A stretch of DNA of 64,000 bases from an uncultured Chloroflexia bacterium (GCA_963810065.1 CAWELX010000007.1:1467534-1531533), one strand, 5' to 3'. Positions 45,688-57,142 are shown, counted from the stretch's first letter. Numbers and translations are program-made. Notes: generated by a model not told the origin, from the letters alone.

Positions 45688-45776
45688 GCCAGGGCGCCGA
45701 AGATCCAGGCGCCCGCGAGGATGCCGAGGATCACCGCGGCGACGACCAGCAGGAACAGCAACCGGCCCTCGCTCAT
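45684..45776 (-). CDS. candidate 30-aa hydrophobic peptide, translationally coupled to the upstream SHOCT-domain gene
   Basis: My translation of the minus strand gives MSEGRLLFLLVVAAVILGILAGAWIFGALA. Its ATG overlaps the stop of the 45773-46546 gene (ATGA). It is too short to appear in the supplied ORF track. Confidence 0.4.
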   Translation of the reverse strand: MSEGRLLFLLVVAAVILGILAGAWIFGALA

Positions 45777-46546
45777 GCCCCGGCCCGCTCCAGGAGCTCG
45801 GCCTTCGCCCGGGCGAACTCCTCGTCGCTGAGGTCGCCGGCGCCGTGCAGCGCGGCGAGGCGCTCCAGGCCGTCGACGAGCGCCCGGTCGCTGCCGAGGC
45901 CGTCGACGAGCGCTGCTTCGCCGGCGTCGTCAGGACCCGTCCCGGCGGCCGCCGTGAGCGCCGGCGACGCCGGAGCGGCCCGCCGCGCGTCGCGTGCCGC
46001 CCGCGCGTCAAGGATCGCCGTCCCCAGGCGCGGGCCTCCGGGGGCCGCCCGGGAGGCCCGCGGCACGCCGGCCGGCGGCCCGCCGACCACCGTGCGGGCC
46101 CCCCACACGCCCACCAGGAGCGGTCCGAAGGCCATCATCTCGAACACGACGCCGCAGATCAGCCAGCCCCAGGCCCAGCCCGGTTCGTCGCCCGGTGGAT
46201 TGAGGCCGTACTGCAGGAAGTTGAAGCCGATGACGCCGAACAGGGCCGGCCAGGCCAGGAAGAGCACCGCGACGGCGCGCCCGCCGATGGCCGCCCCCTT
46301 CCAGCCGGCGAGGAAGGCTCCGGCGAGCCCGCCGAAGATCCCGAGCAGCGTCGCCGCGGTCGTGCCCTCGGGGCACGTGGTCTGGATGACATACGGGCCG
46401 CCCTCGGCGCACATGCCCCCGATGTCCATGACCGCGCGCATGCCGAGGAACAGCAGGGTGATCCCGGCCGCCATGCCGGCGACTCCGACCAGGTAGAGGA
46501 TCACGTCGAGGACGGATGGAGCGGGCCGCGCGGTGGCATCTCGCAC
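45773..46546 (-). CDS. polytopic membrane protein with C-terminal SHOCT domain
   Basis: 257 aa with about five hydrophobic helices, a low-complexity linker, then LERLAALHGAGDLSDEEFARAKAELL (SHOCT-like motif). Confidence 0.7.
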   Translation of the reverse strand: MRDATARPAPSVLDVILYLVGVAGMAAGITLLFLGMRAVMDIGGMCAEGGPYVIQTTCPEGTTAATLLGIFGGLAGAFLAGWKGAAIGGRAVAVLFLAWPALFGVIGFNFLQYGLNPPGDEPGWAWGWLICGVVFEMMAFGPLLVGVWGARTVVGGPPAGVPRASRAAPGGPRLGTAILDARAARDARRAAPASPALTAAAGTGPDDAGEAALVDGLGSDRALVDGLERLAALHGAGDLSDEEFARAKAELLERAGA

Positions 46547-46600
46547 GGACGGATCGTAGCCGTGGCGCGGCGGCGACGGAAGCCCCCGCGCGGCGCCCGC

Positions 46601-46606
46601 TAGACT
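46601..46606 (+). promoter_or_regulatory. -10-like hexamer TAGACT 8 nt upstream of the hisS ATG
   Basis: TAGACT (46601-46606), an 8-nt spacer, ATG 46615, and no SD motif. Confidence 0.4.
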
Positions 46607-46614
46607 TGGGCTCC

Positions 46615-47895
46615 ATGCCGACCTTCCGCGCCCCCCGGGGCACCCGGGACCTCCTCCCGCACGACCGTGCGGCGTTCGCTCGCCTCGAGCGGATCGCCCG
46701 CGAGCTCTCCGCGCGCTACGGCTACCGCGAGATCGAGACGCCCCTGTTCGAGCAGGGCGCCGTGTTCGAGCGGGGCATCGGCGAGGCGACCGACGTCGTC
46801 GAGAAGGAGCTCTTCCGGGTGACGCCCAGCCGAGGCGAGGAGCGCGAGCGCTGGGCCCTCCGACCGGAGGCGACGGCCGGCATCTGCCGGGCGTACGTCG
46901 AGCACGGGATGCAGACCTGGCCCCAGCCGGTGAAGCTGGCGCTCACGGGCCCCATGTTCCGCTACGACCGCCCGCAGGCCGGTCGCTACCGCCAGTTCTG
47001 GCAGTGGGATGTCGAGGTGATCGGCGACCCGGGTCCCGCCGTCGATGCCGAGCTCATCGAGCTGGGCGCGCGCTTCTACCGCGACGCGGGGCTCGACGAC
47101 GTGGAGGTCCTGGTCAACTCGATCGGCGACCCTGCCTGTCGGCCGGCCTACCTCGCGGACCTGGCGAGCTACTTCGGACGGCACCGGGACGGACTGCCGG
47201 AGCTGGAGCGGCAGCGCCTGGCCGCGAACCCGCTGCGTCTGCTCGACTCGAAGGAGCCGGCGATGGCCGCGCTCATCGCGGCCGCGCCCAGGATCAGCGA
47301 GCGGCTCTGCGAGGCATGCGCCGGCCACTTCGCGGCGCTGCGCGCGCACCTGGATGCGATGGGGATCGCCTACCGCGTCGAGCCGACGCTGGTCCGGGGC
47401 CTGGACTACTACACGCGCACGGCCTTCGAGTTCTACCGCCGGGGCGCGGAGGGCCAGCAGCAGGCGCTGGGCGGCGGAGGCCGCTACGACGGCCTGGTGG
47501 CGCTGCTCGGCGGCAAGCCGACGCCGGGGATCGGGTTCGCCCTCGGCCTCGACCGCGTCGTCCTCGCGCTGGAGGCGTCCGACGCGGGGGCGGCGACGGA
47601 CGCCGTGCCGATCGCCGTCGTCGTCGGCGCCGACCCCGCGGACACGGCCGGCCGGCTCGTGTTGGCGACGCGCCTGCGCGACGCGGGGCTGGCCGTGGCC
47701 GCCGACCTCTCGCACCGCAAGCTCGGGCGCCAGCTGGAGGCCGCGGTGCGCGACGGCGCCCAGTTCGCGGTGATCGTCGGCGACGAGCTCACCGCCGGCG
47801 ACGTCCAGCTGCGCGACCTGGATGCGGCCTCGCAGAAGCTCGTCCCGGTCGCGGACCTCGCCGCGCTGCTGCGCCGCAAGACGCCCCTGGCCTGA
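46615..47895 (+). CDS. hisS: histidine--tRNA ligase
   Basis: 426 aa with MPTFRAPRGTRDLLP, class II motifs (FRYDRPQAGRYRQFWQ, GGGGRYDGL) and a C-terminal anticodon-binding domain. Confidence 0.93.
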   Translation: MPTFRAPRGTRDLLPHDRAAFARLERIARELSARYGYREIETPLFEQGAVFERGIGEATDVVEKELFRVTPSRGEERERWALRPEATAGICRAYVEHGMQTWPQPVKLALTGPMFRYDRPQAGRYRQFWQWDVEVIGDPGPAVDAELIELGARFYRDAGLDDVEVLVNSIGDPACRPAYLADLASYFGRHRDGLPELERQRLAANPLRLLDSKEPAMAALIAAAPRISERLCEACAGHFAALRAHLDAMGIAYRVEPTLVRGLDYYTRTAFEFYRRGAEGQQQALGGGGRYDGLVALLGGKPTPGIGFALGLDRVVLALEASDAGAATDAVPIAVVVGADPADTAGRLVLATRLRDAGLAVAADLSHRKLGRQLEAAVRDGAQFAVIVGDELTAGDVQLRDLDAASQKLVPVADLAALLRRKTPLA

Positions 47896-47960
47896 TCCCG
47901 GGCGCCTCCGGCGGAGCGGGTCCCCGGCGCACCCACCCGAGTGGGTCGCCGGCGCGCCGG

Positions 47961-48077
47961 CCGGAGCGTTCCACGTCGCCCGGCGCCGGCCCGCCCGGGC
48001 CGGCCCGGACCGGACGGGCGGTGGCCTGCCCGGAGCGGTCCACGCCTGCCGGCGCCGGCCCGACCGAGCCGGCCCGG
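47961..48077. repeat. 48-nt imperfect direct repeat x2 (69-nt period) in the hisS-aspS spacer
   Basis: ccggagcg(t/g)tccacg(t/c)c(g/t)(c)ccggcgccggccc...gccggcccgg occurs at 47961-48008 and 48030-48077. Confidence 0.8.
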
Positions 48078-48133
48078 GCCGGTCGGCCCTGCCCGCGCGG
48101 GCGCCAGCGAAGAGCCGCTACCATGACGCGGCC

Positions 48134-49999
48134 ATGACCCAGCCCACCCGCAGCCTCGCCACCCCGTATCGAAGCCACACCTGCGGAGCGCTCCGCGCCG
48201 CCGACGAGGGGGCCCAGGTCCGCCTGGCGGGTTGGGTGCATCGACGGCGCGACCACGGCCAGCTCGTCTTCCTCGACCTGCGCGACCGCCACGGGATCAC
48301 GCAGGTGGTCGTCGATGCCGCGGACGCACCCGAGGCCCACGACACCGCCGCCCAGTGCCGGAACGAGTTCGTCGTGGCGGTCGTCGGGACGGTCTCCCGG
48401 CGCCTGCCCGGCGGGGAGAACACGCGCCTTGCCACGGGCGAGATCGAGGTGCAGGCGCTCGAGCTGACGATCCTGTCCGAGGCCCGGACGCCACCCTTCT
48501 ACATCAACGAGCCCGATGCGCCGGTCGACGAGTCGGTGCGCCTGACCTACCGCTACCTCGACATCCGCCGCGAGCCGATGCTGCAGCGCCTGCTGCTGCG
48601 CTCCCGCCTGGTGTCCGAGATCCGGCGGGTCCACGAGGCGCACGGCTTCGTGGACATCGAGACGCCGATCCTCATCAAGAGCACGCCGGAGGGCGCCCGC
48701 GACTTCATCGTCCCTTCGCGACTCTCGCCGGGGACGGTCTTCGCCCTGCCGCAGAGCCCGCAGCAGCTCAAGCAGCTGCTGATGGTCGCGGGGATGGACC
48801 GCTACTACCAGGTCGCCCGCTGCTTCCGTGACGAGGACCTGCGCGGCGACCGCCAGCCCGAGTTCACCCAGCTGGACCTCGAGATGAGCTTCGTGACCGA
48901 GGACACGGTCATGGACTTCGTGGAGACGATGGCGATCGAGGTCACCCGCGCCGTGGCCCCCGACCGGCGGATCCAGCAGGTGCCCTTCCCGCGCTTCACC
49001 TACGAGGAGGCGCTGGAGCGCTTCGGGTCCGACAAGCCCGACCTGCGCTTCGGCATGGAGCTGGTGGACCTCGCCCCGGTCCTGGTCGACGCGGCGGGCG
49101 TCCCGGCGTCGGGCTTCCGGGTCTTCGACGAGACGCTCGCGACCGGCGGGCGCGTCAAGGGGATCGTCGTGCCCGGCCACGCCTCCGCGAGCCGGAGCCA
49201 GGTCGACGAGCTGACCGAGACGGCAAAGCGCTTCGGCGCCCGGGGCCTCGTCCATCTCGCGGTGGCCGCGGACGGCATCCACGGCCCGACCGTGAAGTTC
49301 CTCGGCGAGGAGCGCGTCCGGGCCATTGCGGCGCACGCCGGGGCAGGGGAGGGAGACCTCCTCCTGGTCGTGGCGGACACGCCGGCGGTCGTCGCCGACG
49401 TCCTGGGGCGCCTGCGCTCCGAGCTGGGCACGCGCCTGGGGCTCGCCGACCCGGACGTCCTGGCGTACGGCTGGGTCTATCGCTTCCCGATGTACGAGTG
49501 GGACGAGGACCGCAAGGGCTGGCATGCCACGCACAACCCGTTCAGCGGGGTCGTCCCAGAAGACGAGGACCTGCTGGTCACCGCGTCCGGCGATCCGTAC
49601 CTCCCGTCGCGGGACGATCCCGCCGGGCACGCCCGCGCCATGCAGTACGACATCGCGCTCAACGGCTGGGAGCTGGGCGGCGGGTCAGTGCGCATCCACC
49701 GCCGCGACCTCCTGGAGCGCAGCTTCGCGCTCCAGGGCCACGGGCGCGAGGCGATGCACGAGAAGTTCGGGGGGATGCTGGAGGCGTTCGACTTCGGCGC
49801 TCCGCCGCACGGCGGCATCGCCCTCGGGATCGACCGCTGGGCGATGATCCTCGCCTACCAGGCCAACATCCGCGAGGTGATGGCGTTCCCGAAGACCTCC
49901 TCCGGGACCGACCTCATGCTCGACGCGCCCTCCGCGCCCGAACCCGGTCAGTACGCGGAGCTTGGGCTCCGCTTCGTGGGCAGCCCGGAGAAGGCCTGA
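48134..49999 (+). CDS. aspS: aspartate--tRNA ligase
   Basis: 621 aa with the OB-fold start HTCGALRAADEGAQVRLAGWVHRRRDHGQLVFLDLRDRHG and class II motifs (FRDEDLRGDRQPEFTQLD, GGGSVRIH, PPHGGIALGIDR). Confidence 0.93.
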   Translation: MTQPTRSLATPYRSHTCGALRAADEGAQVRLAGWVHRRRDHGQLVFLDLRDRHGITQVVVDAADAPEAHDTAAQCRNEFVVAVVGTVSRRLPGGENTRLATGEIEVQALELTILSEARTPPFYINEPDAPVDESVRLTYRYLDIRREPMLQRLLLRSRLVSEIRRVHEAHGFVDIETPILIKSTPEGARDFIVPSRLSPGTVFALPQSPQQLKQLLMVAGMDRYYQVARCFRDEDLRGDRQPEFTQLDLEMSFVTEDTVMDFVETMAIEVTRAVAPDRRIQQVPFPRFTYEEALERFGSDKPDLRFGMELVDLAPVLVDAAGVPASGFRVFDETLATGGRVKGIVVPGHASASRSQVDELTETAKRFGARGLVHLAVAADGIHGPTVKFLGEERVRAIAAHAGAGEGDLLLVVADTPAVVADVLGRLRSELGTRLGLADPDVLAYGWVYRFPMYEWDEDRKGWHATHNPFSGVVPEDEDLLVTASGDPYLPSRDDPAGHARAMQYDIALNGWELGGGSVRIHRRDLLERSFALQGHGREAMHEKFGGMLEAFDFGAPPHGGIALGIDRWAMILAYQANIREVMAFPKTSSGTDLMLDAPSAPEPGQYAELGLRFVGSPEKA

Positions 50000-50012
50000 G
50001 CCTGCCCGGGCC

Positions 50013-50100
50013 GGCAGCCGGGACGGATGGCGTGGCGCCGGCAGCAGCCGGGACCGATGGCGGGGTGGCGGCAGCAGCCGCGAAGGATGGCGTGGCGCCG
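50013..50100. repeat. about 30-nt imperfect tandem repeat x3 downstream of aspS
   Basis: ggcagc(agc)cg(g/c)ga(c/a)(n)gatggcg(n)tggcg(c/g)c units start at about 50013, 50040 and 50070. Confidence 0.75.
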
Positions 50101-50211
50101 CGCCCTTCTGCGTCGCCGTCGACTGCGGGTGCCGTGACGGGGGCAGGTGAAGCCGGGCAGGTCCCCGAGCCGCTGCTCCCCGGGCTGGCGGCCCATCCAC
50201 GCGGCGCGGCG

Positions 50212-51078
50212 ATGCTCGGCGCGGTATTCATCTCCTTCTCCGGGATCATCTTCCGGCTCTCCGGCGTGGCCCCCACGACGGCCACGTTCTGGCGCAGCGC
50301 GCTCGCGGTGCTGCCGCTGTGGCTGCTGGGTCGCGTGGAGGACCGGCGGTTCGGACCGAGAGCCCGCCGGGAGCGCGGCTGGGCCGTCGTGGCCGGGCTC
50401 TTCTTCGCCGCCGACCTGCAGTGCTTCCACTACGCCGTCACGCTCGTCGGGGCGGGCCTCGGCACCGTCGTGCCGAACCTGCAGGTCGTCGTCGTGGCCC
50501 TCGCCACGTGGGCCCTGTTCGGCGAGCGACCGACGGCCCGCGCGCTCGCGGCCATCCCCGTCGTGCTTGGCGGCGTTGTCCTCATCTCGGGTGTGCTCGA
50601 CGACGCCGCCTACGGCGAGGACCCGGTGGCGGGGGCGATCCTCGGCGTCGCGGCAGGCGTCTTCTACGCGGGATTCCTGATCGTCATGCGGCGCGTGAAC
50701 CGCGACGGGCGCCGCGCCGCGGGTCCCCTCGGCGACGCCACGCTCACGACGGCGCTCGCGGTCGTGCCGATCGGCCTGCTCCTGGGCTCGCTCGACCTGG
50801 CGCCGGCGCCGGCGCAGCTTGCGGCGATGGCGCTCCTGGCGCTGACCAGCCAGGTCCTGGGCTATCTCTTCATCACGATGTCGCTGCCGCGCCTCCCGGC
50901 AACCGTGGGCTCCATCCTGCTCTTCGTCCAGCCGGTGGCGACGCTCGTCTTCGCGGCATTGCTCCTCGGCGAGCGCCCGTCGCCGATGCAGCTCGCCGGT
51001 GTCGCCCTGGTGCTGGGCGGCGTCGTCTTGGCGGCGGTCCCGACCGGGCGTGGCACGCCGGATCGCCCGGCCGCCTGA
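50212..51078 (+). CDS. EamA/DMT-superfamily transporter
   Basis: About 10 hydrophobic helices in two EamA-like halves (IFRLSGVAPTTATFWRSALA...; ...LTSQVLGYLFITMSLPRLPATVGSILLFVQPV). The start is uncertain (ATG 50212 chosen). Confidence 0.75.
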   Translation: MLGAVFISFSGIIFRLSGVAPTTATFWRSALAVLPLWLLGRVEDRRFGPRARRERGWAVVAGLFFAADLQCFHYAVTLVGAGLGTVVPNLQVVVVALATWALFGERPTARALAAIPVVLGGVVLISGVLDDAAYGEDPVAGAILGVAAGVFYAGFLIVMRRVNRDGRRAAGPLGDATLTTALAVVPIGLLLGSLDLAPAPAQLAAMALLALTSQVLGYLFITMSLPRLPATVGSILLFVQPVATLVFAALLLGERPSPMQLAGVALVLGGVVLAAVPTGRGTPDRPAA

Positions 51079-51141
51079 CGGCGGGAAGCCTGGACCAATG
51101 GCTGAGCCCCGCGGGGCGCCCGCAGGCCCGTGGTGACGCGA

Positions 51142-52137
51142 TCAGGGCGCTGCGGAGATCTTCTCCAGCATCGCCACCCAGGCCGTGATCATCCGCACCT
51201 GCTGGTCGGCCCGCGACACGGTCGCCGGCGGGTCGTTCGGCTGGCCCGTGTACCAGCCGCACTGTTCGTGGTTGCCGCCGTCGATGCGGTCGTAGGCGGT
51301 GGTCGCCGGCAGGAGCGCCAGGGTCGCGGGGTCTTCGATCTTGGGTGCCGCCGCATCCAGGGAGCCGTACACCGACGAGGCGGCGATGCCGCTGGAGGAC
51401 AGGTCGGAGGCGCTGTACGCGCCGCAGAGGGCCAGGCCCGCGACGGCGTCCGGGTGGTCGGCCGCGTACTGGGCGGCCATGGCCCCGCCGAGCGAATGGC
51501 CGCCGATGGCCCAGCGCGTGATCTCCGGGTGCGCGGCGATGACCCCGTCGGCGGCGCCGACGTTGAAGATCGCGAAGTTGAGCGGCATGGGCACGACCAC
51601 CACGAGGTAACCCTCTTCCGCGATCGCCCGGGCGCCCGGCGCGTAGCCCGCCGCAGGCACCTTGGCTCCCGGGTACAGGATCAGGCCCGTCGTGGGGGCC
51701 GGTCCCGTGGCGGTGAACGTGAGGCCGGTGGACGCATCGGCGTAGGTCGCGCCCGGCGTCGACGCCAGGGCCGCCGTCGCCTCGGGCAGGAGCGGCTGGG
51801 GCTGGAAGAACCAGGCAAGGCCGCCCACCACGGCAGCGATCAGCACGAGAAGGATGCCGAGGACGACCGTCCGCCGCCGAGGGCGGCGCCGCGCTGCCTG
51901 GGGCGTCGCCGAGACCGCGGGCGCTCCTGCCGCGGCATCCGCCGCCGGCACCGCCGAGACCGCGGGCGCTCCTGCCACGGCATCCGCCGCCGGCACCGCC
52001 GCGGGCGCCCGATCCGCCGGCGCCGCAGCCGCAGCCGCCGCGGGCGCGGGCGCGGGCGCCCCATCCGCAGCCGGCGTCCCAGCCGGTTCGCCCACCAGCG
52101 ACGCGGGCGCCTCGACGGGCTCGTTCGGTTCGGTCAT
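51142..52137 (-). CDS. membrane-anchored alpha/beta-hydrolase-fold protein
   Basis: 331 aa from MTEPNEPVE with an Ala/Pro-rich duplicated tail, a TM helix (VVLGILLVLIAAVVGGLAWFF), the nucleophile elbow GGHSLGG and a C-terminal GGNHEQ. The ATG overlaps the upstream stop (ATGA at 52134-52137). Confidence 0.75.
   Translation of the reverse strand: MTEPNEPVEAPASLVGEPAGTPAADGAPAPAPAAAAAAAPADRAPAAVPAADAVAGAPAVSAVPAADAAAGAPAVSATPQAARRRPRRRTVVLGILLVLIAAVVGGLAWFFQPQPLLPEATAALASTPGATYADASTGLTFTATGPAPTTGLILYPGAKVPAAGYAPGARAIAEEGYLVVVVPMPLNFAIFNVGAADGVIAAHPEITRWAIGGHSLGGAMAAQYAADHPDAVAGLALCGAYSASDLSSSGIAASSVYGSLDAAAPKIEDPATLALLPATTAYDRIDGGNHEQCGWYTGQPNDPPATVSRADQQVRMITAWVAMLEKISAAP
51907..51996. repeat. 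45-nt tandem duplication (x2), in-frame in the hydrolase gene
   Basis: cgccgagaccgcgggcgctcctgcc(g/a)cggcatccgccgccggcac occurs at 51907-51951 and 51952-51996. Confidence 0.9.
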
Positions 52138-53147
52138 CTCGTGCTCTCCAGCCAGGTCAGGAGGACGTCGTTGAAGGCCGCCGGCTGTTCCTCCATCGGC
52201 ACGTGGCCAGCGTCCTCGATGATGTGCCATTCCGCGCCCGGAAGCGCGGCCCGGAGGGCCTCCCCCCGCTCCAGGGGGATCCAGGTGTCCTGCCGCCCCC
52301 AGATGATCGCCGTCGGGAAGTGCAGGATGCGGTCGATGGGAGCCCCGTGCTGGCCCACGCCGCCGTCGCGCACGGTTGCCAGCAGGCCGAGATCCCAGTC
52401 GACGGTCTGAAGCGCGGCCGCGTAGCCGGCCAGCGCCTCCGGGGTCATGCGGGAGGGATCCGCGTAGGCACTCCGGAGGATGGAGCCCATCCGCGCCTCG
52501 TCGAGCTGGCTGCGCAGGATCAGGCGGCCGGCTCGTTCCACGCTCGGAACGCGGACCAGCGACGCGGCGATCCCGAGGCCCCCGTCCCTCACCGCCGGGC
52601 CGGTTACCGCGTCCACGAGGACCGCTCCCTCCATGCGATCAGGGTGAAGCTCGGCGAACCATGTCAGCACGTTGGCGCCCATGCTGTGCCCGACGATCGT
52701 CGCCGAGGAGATCCCGAGCGCGTCCATCACCCCGGCCACGAGGCCGGCCTGCGCCGCGTGCGTCGTGTCACGATCCCACGACTTGTCCGTCAGCCCGAAG
52801 TTGGCGAGGTCCAGCGCCACCGCCCGATACCCGGCCGCCGCGAGGGCGGGAAGCGTCGCCCGCCAGGACCACGTCGACCCGCCGAACCCGTGGACCAGGA
52901 CGACCGCGGGCCCGTCGATGGGCCCGGTCTCGGCGACCCAGGCACGAATGCCGTCCGCGGCGACCAGGCGCCCGTCGAGGCCGAGGTCGGCAGCGACGTC
53001 GGCAGCGGCGCGGTCCGGCTGGGGCGGCAGCGGCACGAGGTAGGGGAGCACCACGAGCGCGACCGCCAGGACGAGGACGGCGACGCCGAGCCGGCGCGCC
53101 AGGCGTCGGCGGCGGGGCGGGCGCGATGGTGCGAGGGTGGCGGTCAT
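52134..53147 (-). CDS. alpha/beta hydrolase (lipase/epoxide-hydrolase-like fold) with N-terminal TM anchor
   Basis: 337 aa from MTATLAPS with VVLVHGFGGS, the nucleophile elbow VGHSMGA and a C-terminal DAGHVPMEE (catalytic His). Confidence 0.8.
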   Translation of the reverse strand: MTATLAPSRPPRRRRLARRLGVAVLVLAVALVVLPYLVPLPPQPDRAAADVAADLGLDGRLVAADGIRAWVAETGPIDGPAVVLVHGFGGSTWSWRATLPALAAAGYRAVALDLANFGLTDKSWDRDTTHAAQAGLVAGVMDALGISSATIVGHSMGANVLTWFAELHPDRMEGAVLVDAVTGPAVRDGGLGIAASLVRVPSVERAGRLILRSQLDEARMGSILRSAYADPSRMTPEALAGYAAALQTVDWDLGLLATVRDGGVGQHGAPIDRILHFPTAIIWGRQDTWIPLERGEALRAALPGAEWHIIEDAGHVPMEEQPAAFNDVLLTWLESTR

Positions 53148-53190
53148 GTCTCCCCTTCGTACGGCTGCACGCTCCGGACGGATGCCGCCC

Positions 53191-53890
53191 TCAGCGGACC
53201 GTGCGCGTCGGCTCCGGCGGCTCGTCCGGGCCGGAGGCGGCCGGTGAACCCCACTCGTGGTGGTGCTCGGAGGCAGGCTCGGGCGGCGCCTCGAACGGCG
53301 GCAGCTCGGCCCGCGGTGTGTCGAGGTCGTGGATGGTCCCCGGGATCTCCGAGCTCCACGATGCTGCGTTCCCGGCCACCGCCGGTGGCGCCTCCGACGA
53401 CGGCGACGAGCGCCTCCACCAACGGGCCCGGCATGAGCCCGGGATCCAGGGTGCGGAGCGCCTCCAGGTGCGCGACGGGAACCAGCACCGGCCAGCCCGC
53501 GTCGCCGCGGAACGCCGGGCGGAGGATCGCGGCACGGTCGGCGCCATGAGCCTCGATGAGCGACGTCACGGTCTCGGCGTCGACCCAGCCCATGCGGGCC
53601 GGCCACACGAGCGCCGCGTCGGTGCCGTCGACTTCGGCCCAGGCTGCGTCGATGCCGCGGCAGATCTGGCCGACCGGGCCCGATTCCGCCGGCGCGGGGG
53701 TCGCGAGGACGGCCGCCGATCCAGCGAGGGCGCGGGCCACGGCGCCATCCGGATCGGACGAGACGACGACGATCGGCAGGGCTCCGCCGGCCCAGGCCGT
53801 GTCGGCGAGCCGGCGGGCGTTGGGCACGCCTTCGACGTCGCGCAGGGCGGACGCCGGCTGGGCGGCGAGGATCACGGCGGCGACGGTCAT
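53191..53890 (-). pseudogene. MobA-like nucleotidyltransferase-fold protein, frame broken at about 53338-53344
   Basis: The N-terminal 180 aa (MTVAAVILAAQPAS...ALVWPARMGWV) are in the 53144-53890 frame. The expected C-terminal ...ELGDPG|IHDLDTPRAEL continues in ORF 53191-53547. The span is 3n+1. The break lies at a CCCCGGG run. Family assignment is tentative. Confidence 0.5.
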
Positions 53891-54202
53891 GGCGCGATGC
53901 TAGCAGGGCGCCGCCGCGACCCGCGACCGCGCGTCCACTGCGGCCGCGCCCGCGCCGGATCTGGCTCCGTCCGCGCATCCGCGCGTGATGTGCGACGATC
54001 ACCAGGCCCATGACCGACCAGGAGCCTCGCCCCGCCGTGCCCACCGCCGCCCCCGCCGCGCCCGGAGGCGCCGCCTCGAGCCCTACCGCCGCGTCCGCGC
54101 CGGCCACGCCGCCCGCCACGACGCCGGCCACCTGGGCCCGCCCCCGGCGCCGACCGAGGGCCCGGCCATCGCGCCGGCCGCTACCGCGCCCGCCGCCGCG
54201 CC

Positions 54203-56076
<1,874 letters not shown>

Positions 56077-56376
56077 TCGGGCCTGCTCGCGGCGGGCCCG
56101 CGCTGACACCCCTCGCGGCGAGCCCGCGGCGACGGCCCGGAATACCAGCCCTGTCGTTCGTATCCGCCCGCGGGCGCGCCCGTGCGTCGGCATACCGCGC
56201 CCCGGCGCTCCTACGCACGAAGTTGGCACCCCGCGGCGCGGATCCGCCGTGGCGCAACGCTCCGGCGAGGGTGGGCCCTGGCCGTGGCGGGGGCTTCCGC
56301 ACCACCGTGGCCCGAACCATCGCGCGTGGCATGGCGGTGAAAAACATCGGCAGTGCCAATATCCCGGAACTCGGCC

Positions 56377-56444
56377 GCGCCCACGTGCGGCAGAGGGCCG
56401 CGGGCCCGCTCGACCGCGCGCACGTGCGGCAGAGCGCCGCGGGC
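56377..56444. repeat. 30-nt imperfect direct repeat x2 (38-nt period) in the typA downstream spacer
   Basis: cgcgc(c/g)cacgtgcggcagag(g/c)gccgcgggc occurs at 56377-56406 and 56415-56444. Confidence 0.85.
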
Positions 56445-56491
56445 ATGTCGGATGGCCGCGGTCGCCGCGCGACGGGGACCGCCCGGTGCCG

Positions 56492-57073
56492 TCAGATCGG
56501 GAGGTCGCCCTCGTCGGGGCCCACGAACGGGTCGAGCGTCTCGGTCGCGAAGCGGCCGTAGAAGTTCGTGAAGTGCGCGCCGTGGCGGCGCAGGATCGCG
56601 CGGATCATCTTCCGGCGCGCGGGGTCGGCCTCCTTCGCGGCGATCACCGGGTGCCCGCGCCGCGCCTCCAGCTCGTAGCGCCGGAAGTCCGGCGCCTGGT
56701 CCATCTGCGTGAACTGGACGAGGCGATAGAGGCGTGCGGCGAAGCCGTGGTGGGTCCCACGGCCGTCGATCCGCAGCGCGGCATCTTCGCCGACGAGGAC
56801 GTGGATCGTGTCGCCGCCGAAGCCGGCCGCCAGGAGCTCGGTCCGGGCAGCGTCGGCGGCGGTCGGGGAGGGGAGCACGCCCATGAGGTGGTCGGTGGGG
56901 TAGCCCAGCAGCCAGCCAGCTGGGCGGGCCGGTGCGGCGTGCTCGGGCGCCGGTGCCTGGGCCGCAGGTGCCTGGGGCGGGGCGGCCGCCGGCGCCTGGG
57001 CCGCAGGTGCCTGGGGCGGGGCTGCCTCGGCCAGGGGTGCCAGGCGCGCGGGTGCCTCGGCCCCGGGTGCCAT
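56492..57073 (-). CDS. hypothetical protein (193 aa)
   Basis: This is the C-terminal part of the 56492-57847 minus ORF. From MAPGAEAP there is an Ala/Pro-rich duplicated N-terminus, then a protein-like domain GWLLGYPTDHLMGVL...RRYELEARRGHPVIAAKE...ILRRHGAHFTNFYGRF. No family was recognised. Confidence 0.6.
   Translation of the reverse strand: MAPGAEAPARLAPLAEAAPPQAPAAQAPAAAPPQAPAAQAPAPEHAAPARPAGWLLGYPTDHLMGVLPSPTAADAARTELLAAGFGGDTIHVLVGEDAALRIDGRGTHHGFAARLYRLVQFTQMDQAPDFRRYELEARRGHPVIAAKEADPARRKMIRAILRRHGAHFTNFYGRFATETLDPFVGPDEGDLPI
56955..57021. repeat. 28-nt direct repeat x2 (39-nt period), in-frame
   Basis: gcctgggccgcaggtgcctggggcgggg occurs at 56955-56982 and 56994-57021. Confidence 0.9.
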
Positions 57074-57142
57074 CTCGTCGTTCACGACGGGAGGATACCG
57101 GCACCGGGCGATCGCATCAGGCGGCCGTACAATCGCCACCTG

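Noticed and set aside
56223-56561. 112-aa ORF in the typA downstream spacer
   Set aside because: The ORF is Arg/Gly/Ala-rich. It contains the translated tandem repeat, has no SD or -10 context, and overlaps the 3' end of the convergent gene. It was judged non-coding, and the region is reported as a spacer of interest instead.
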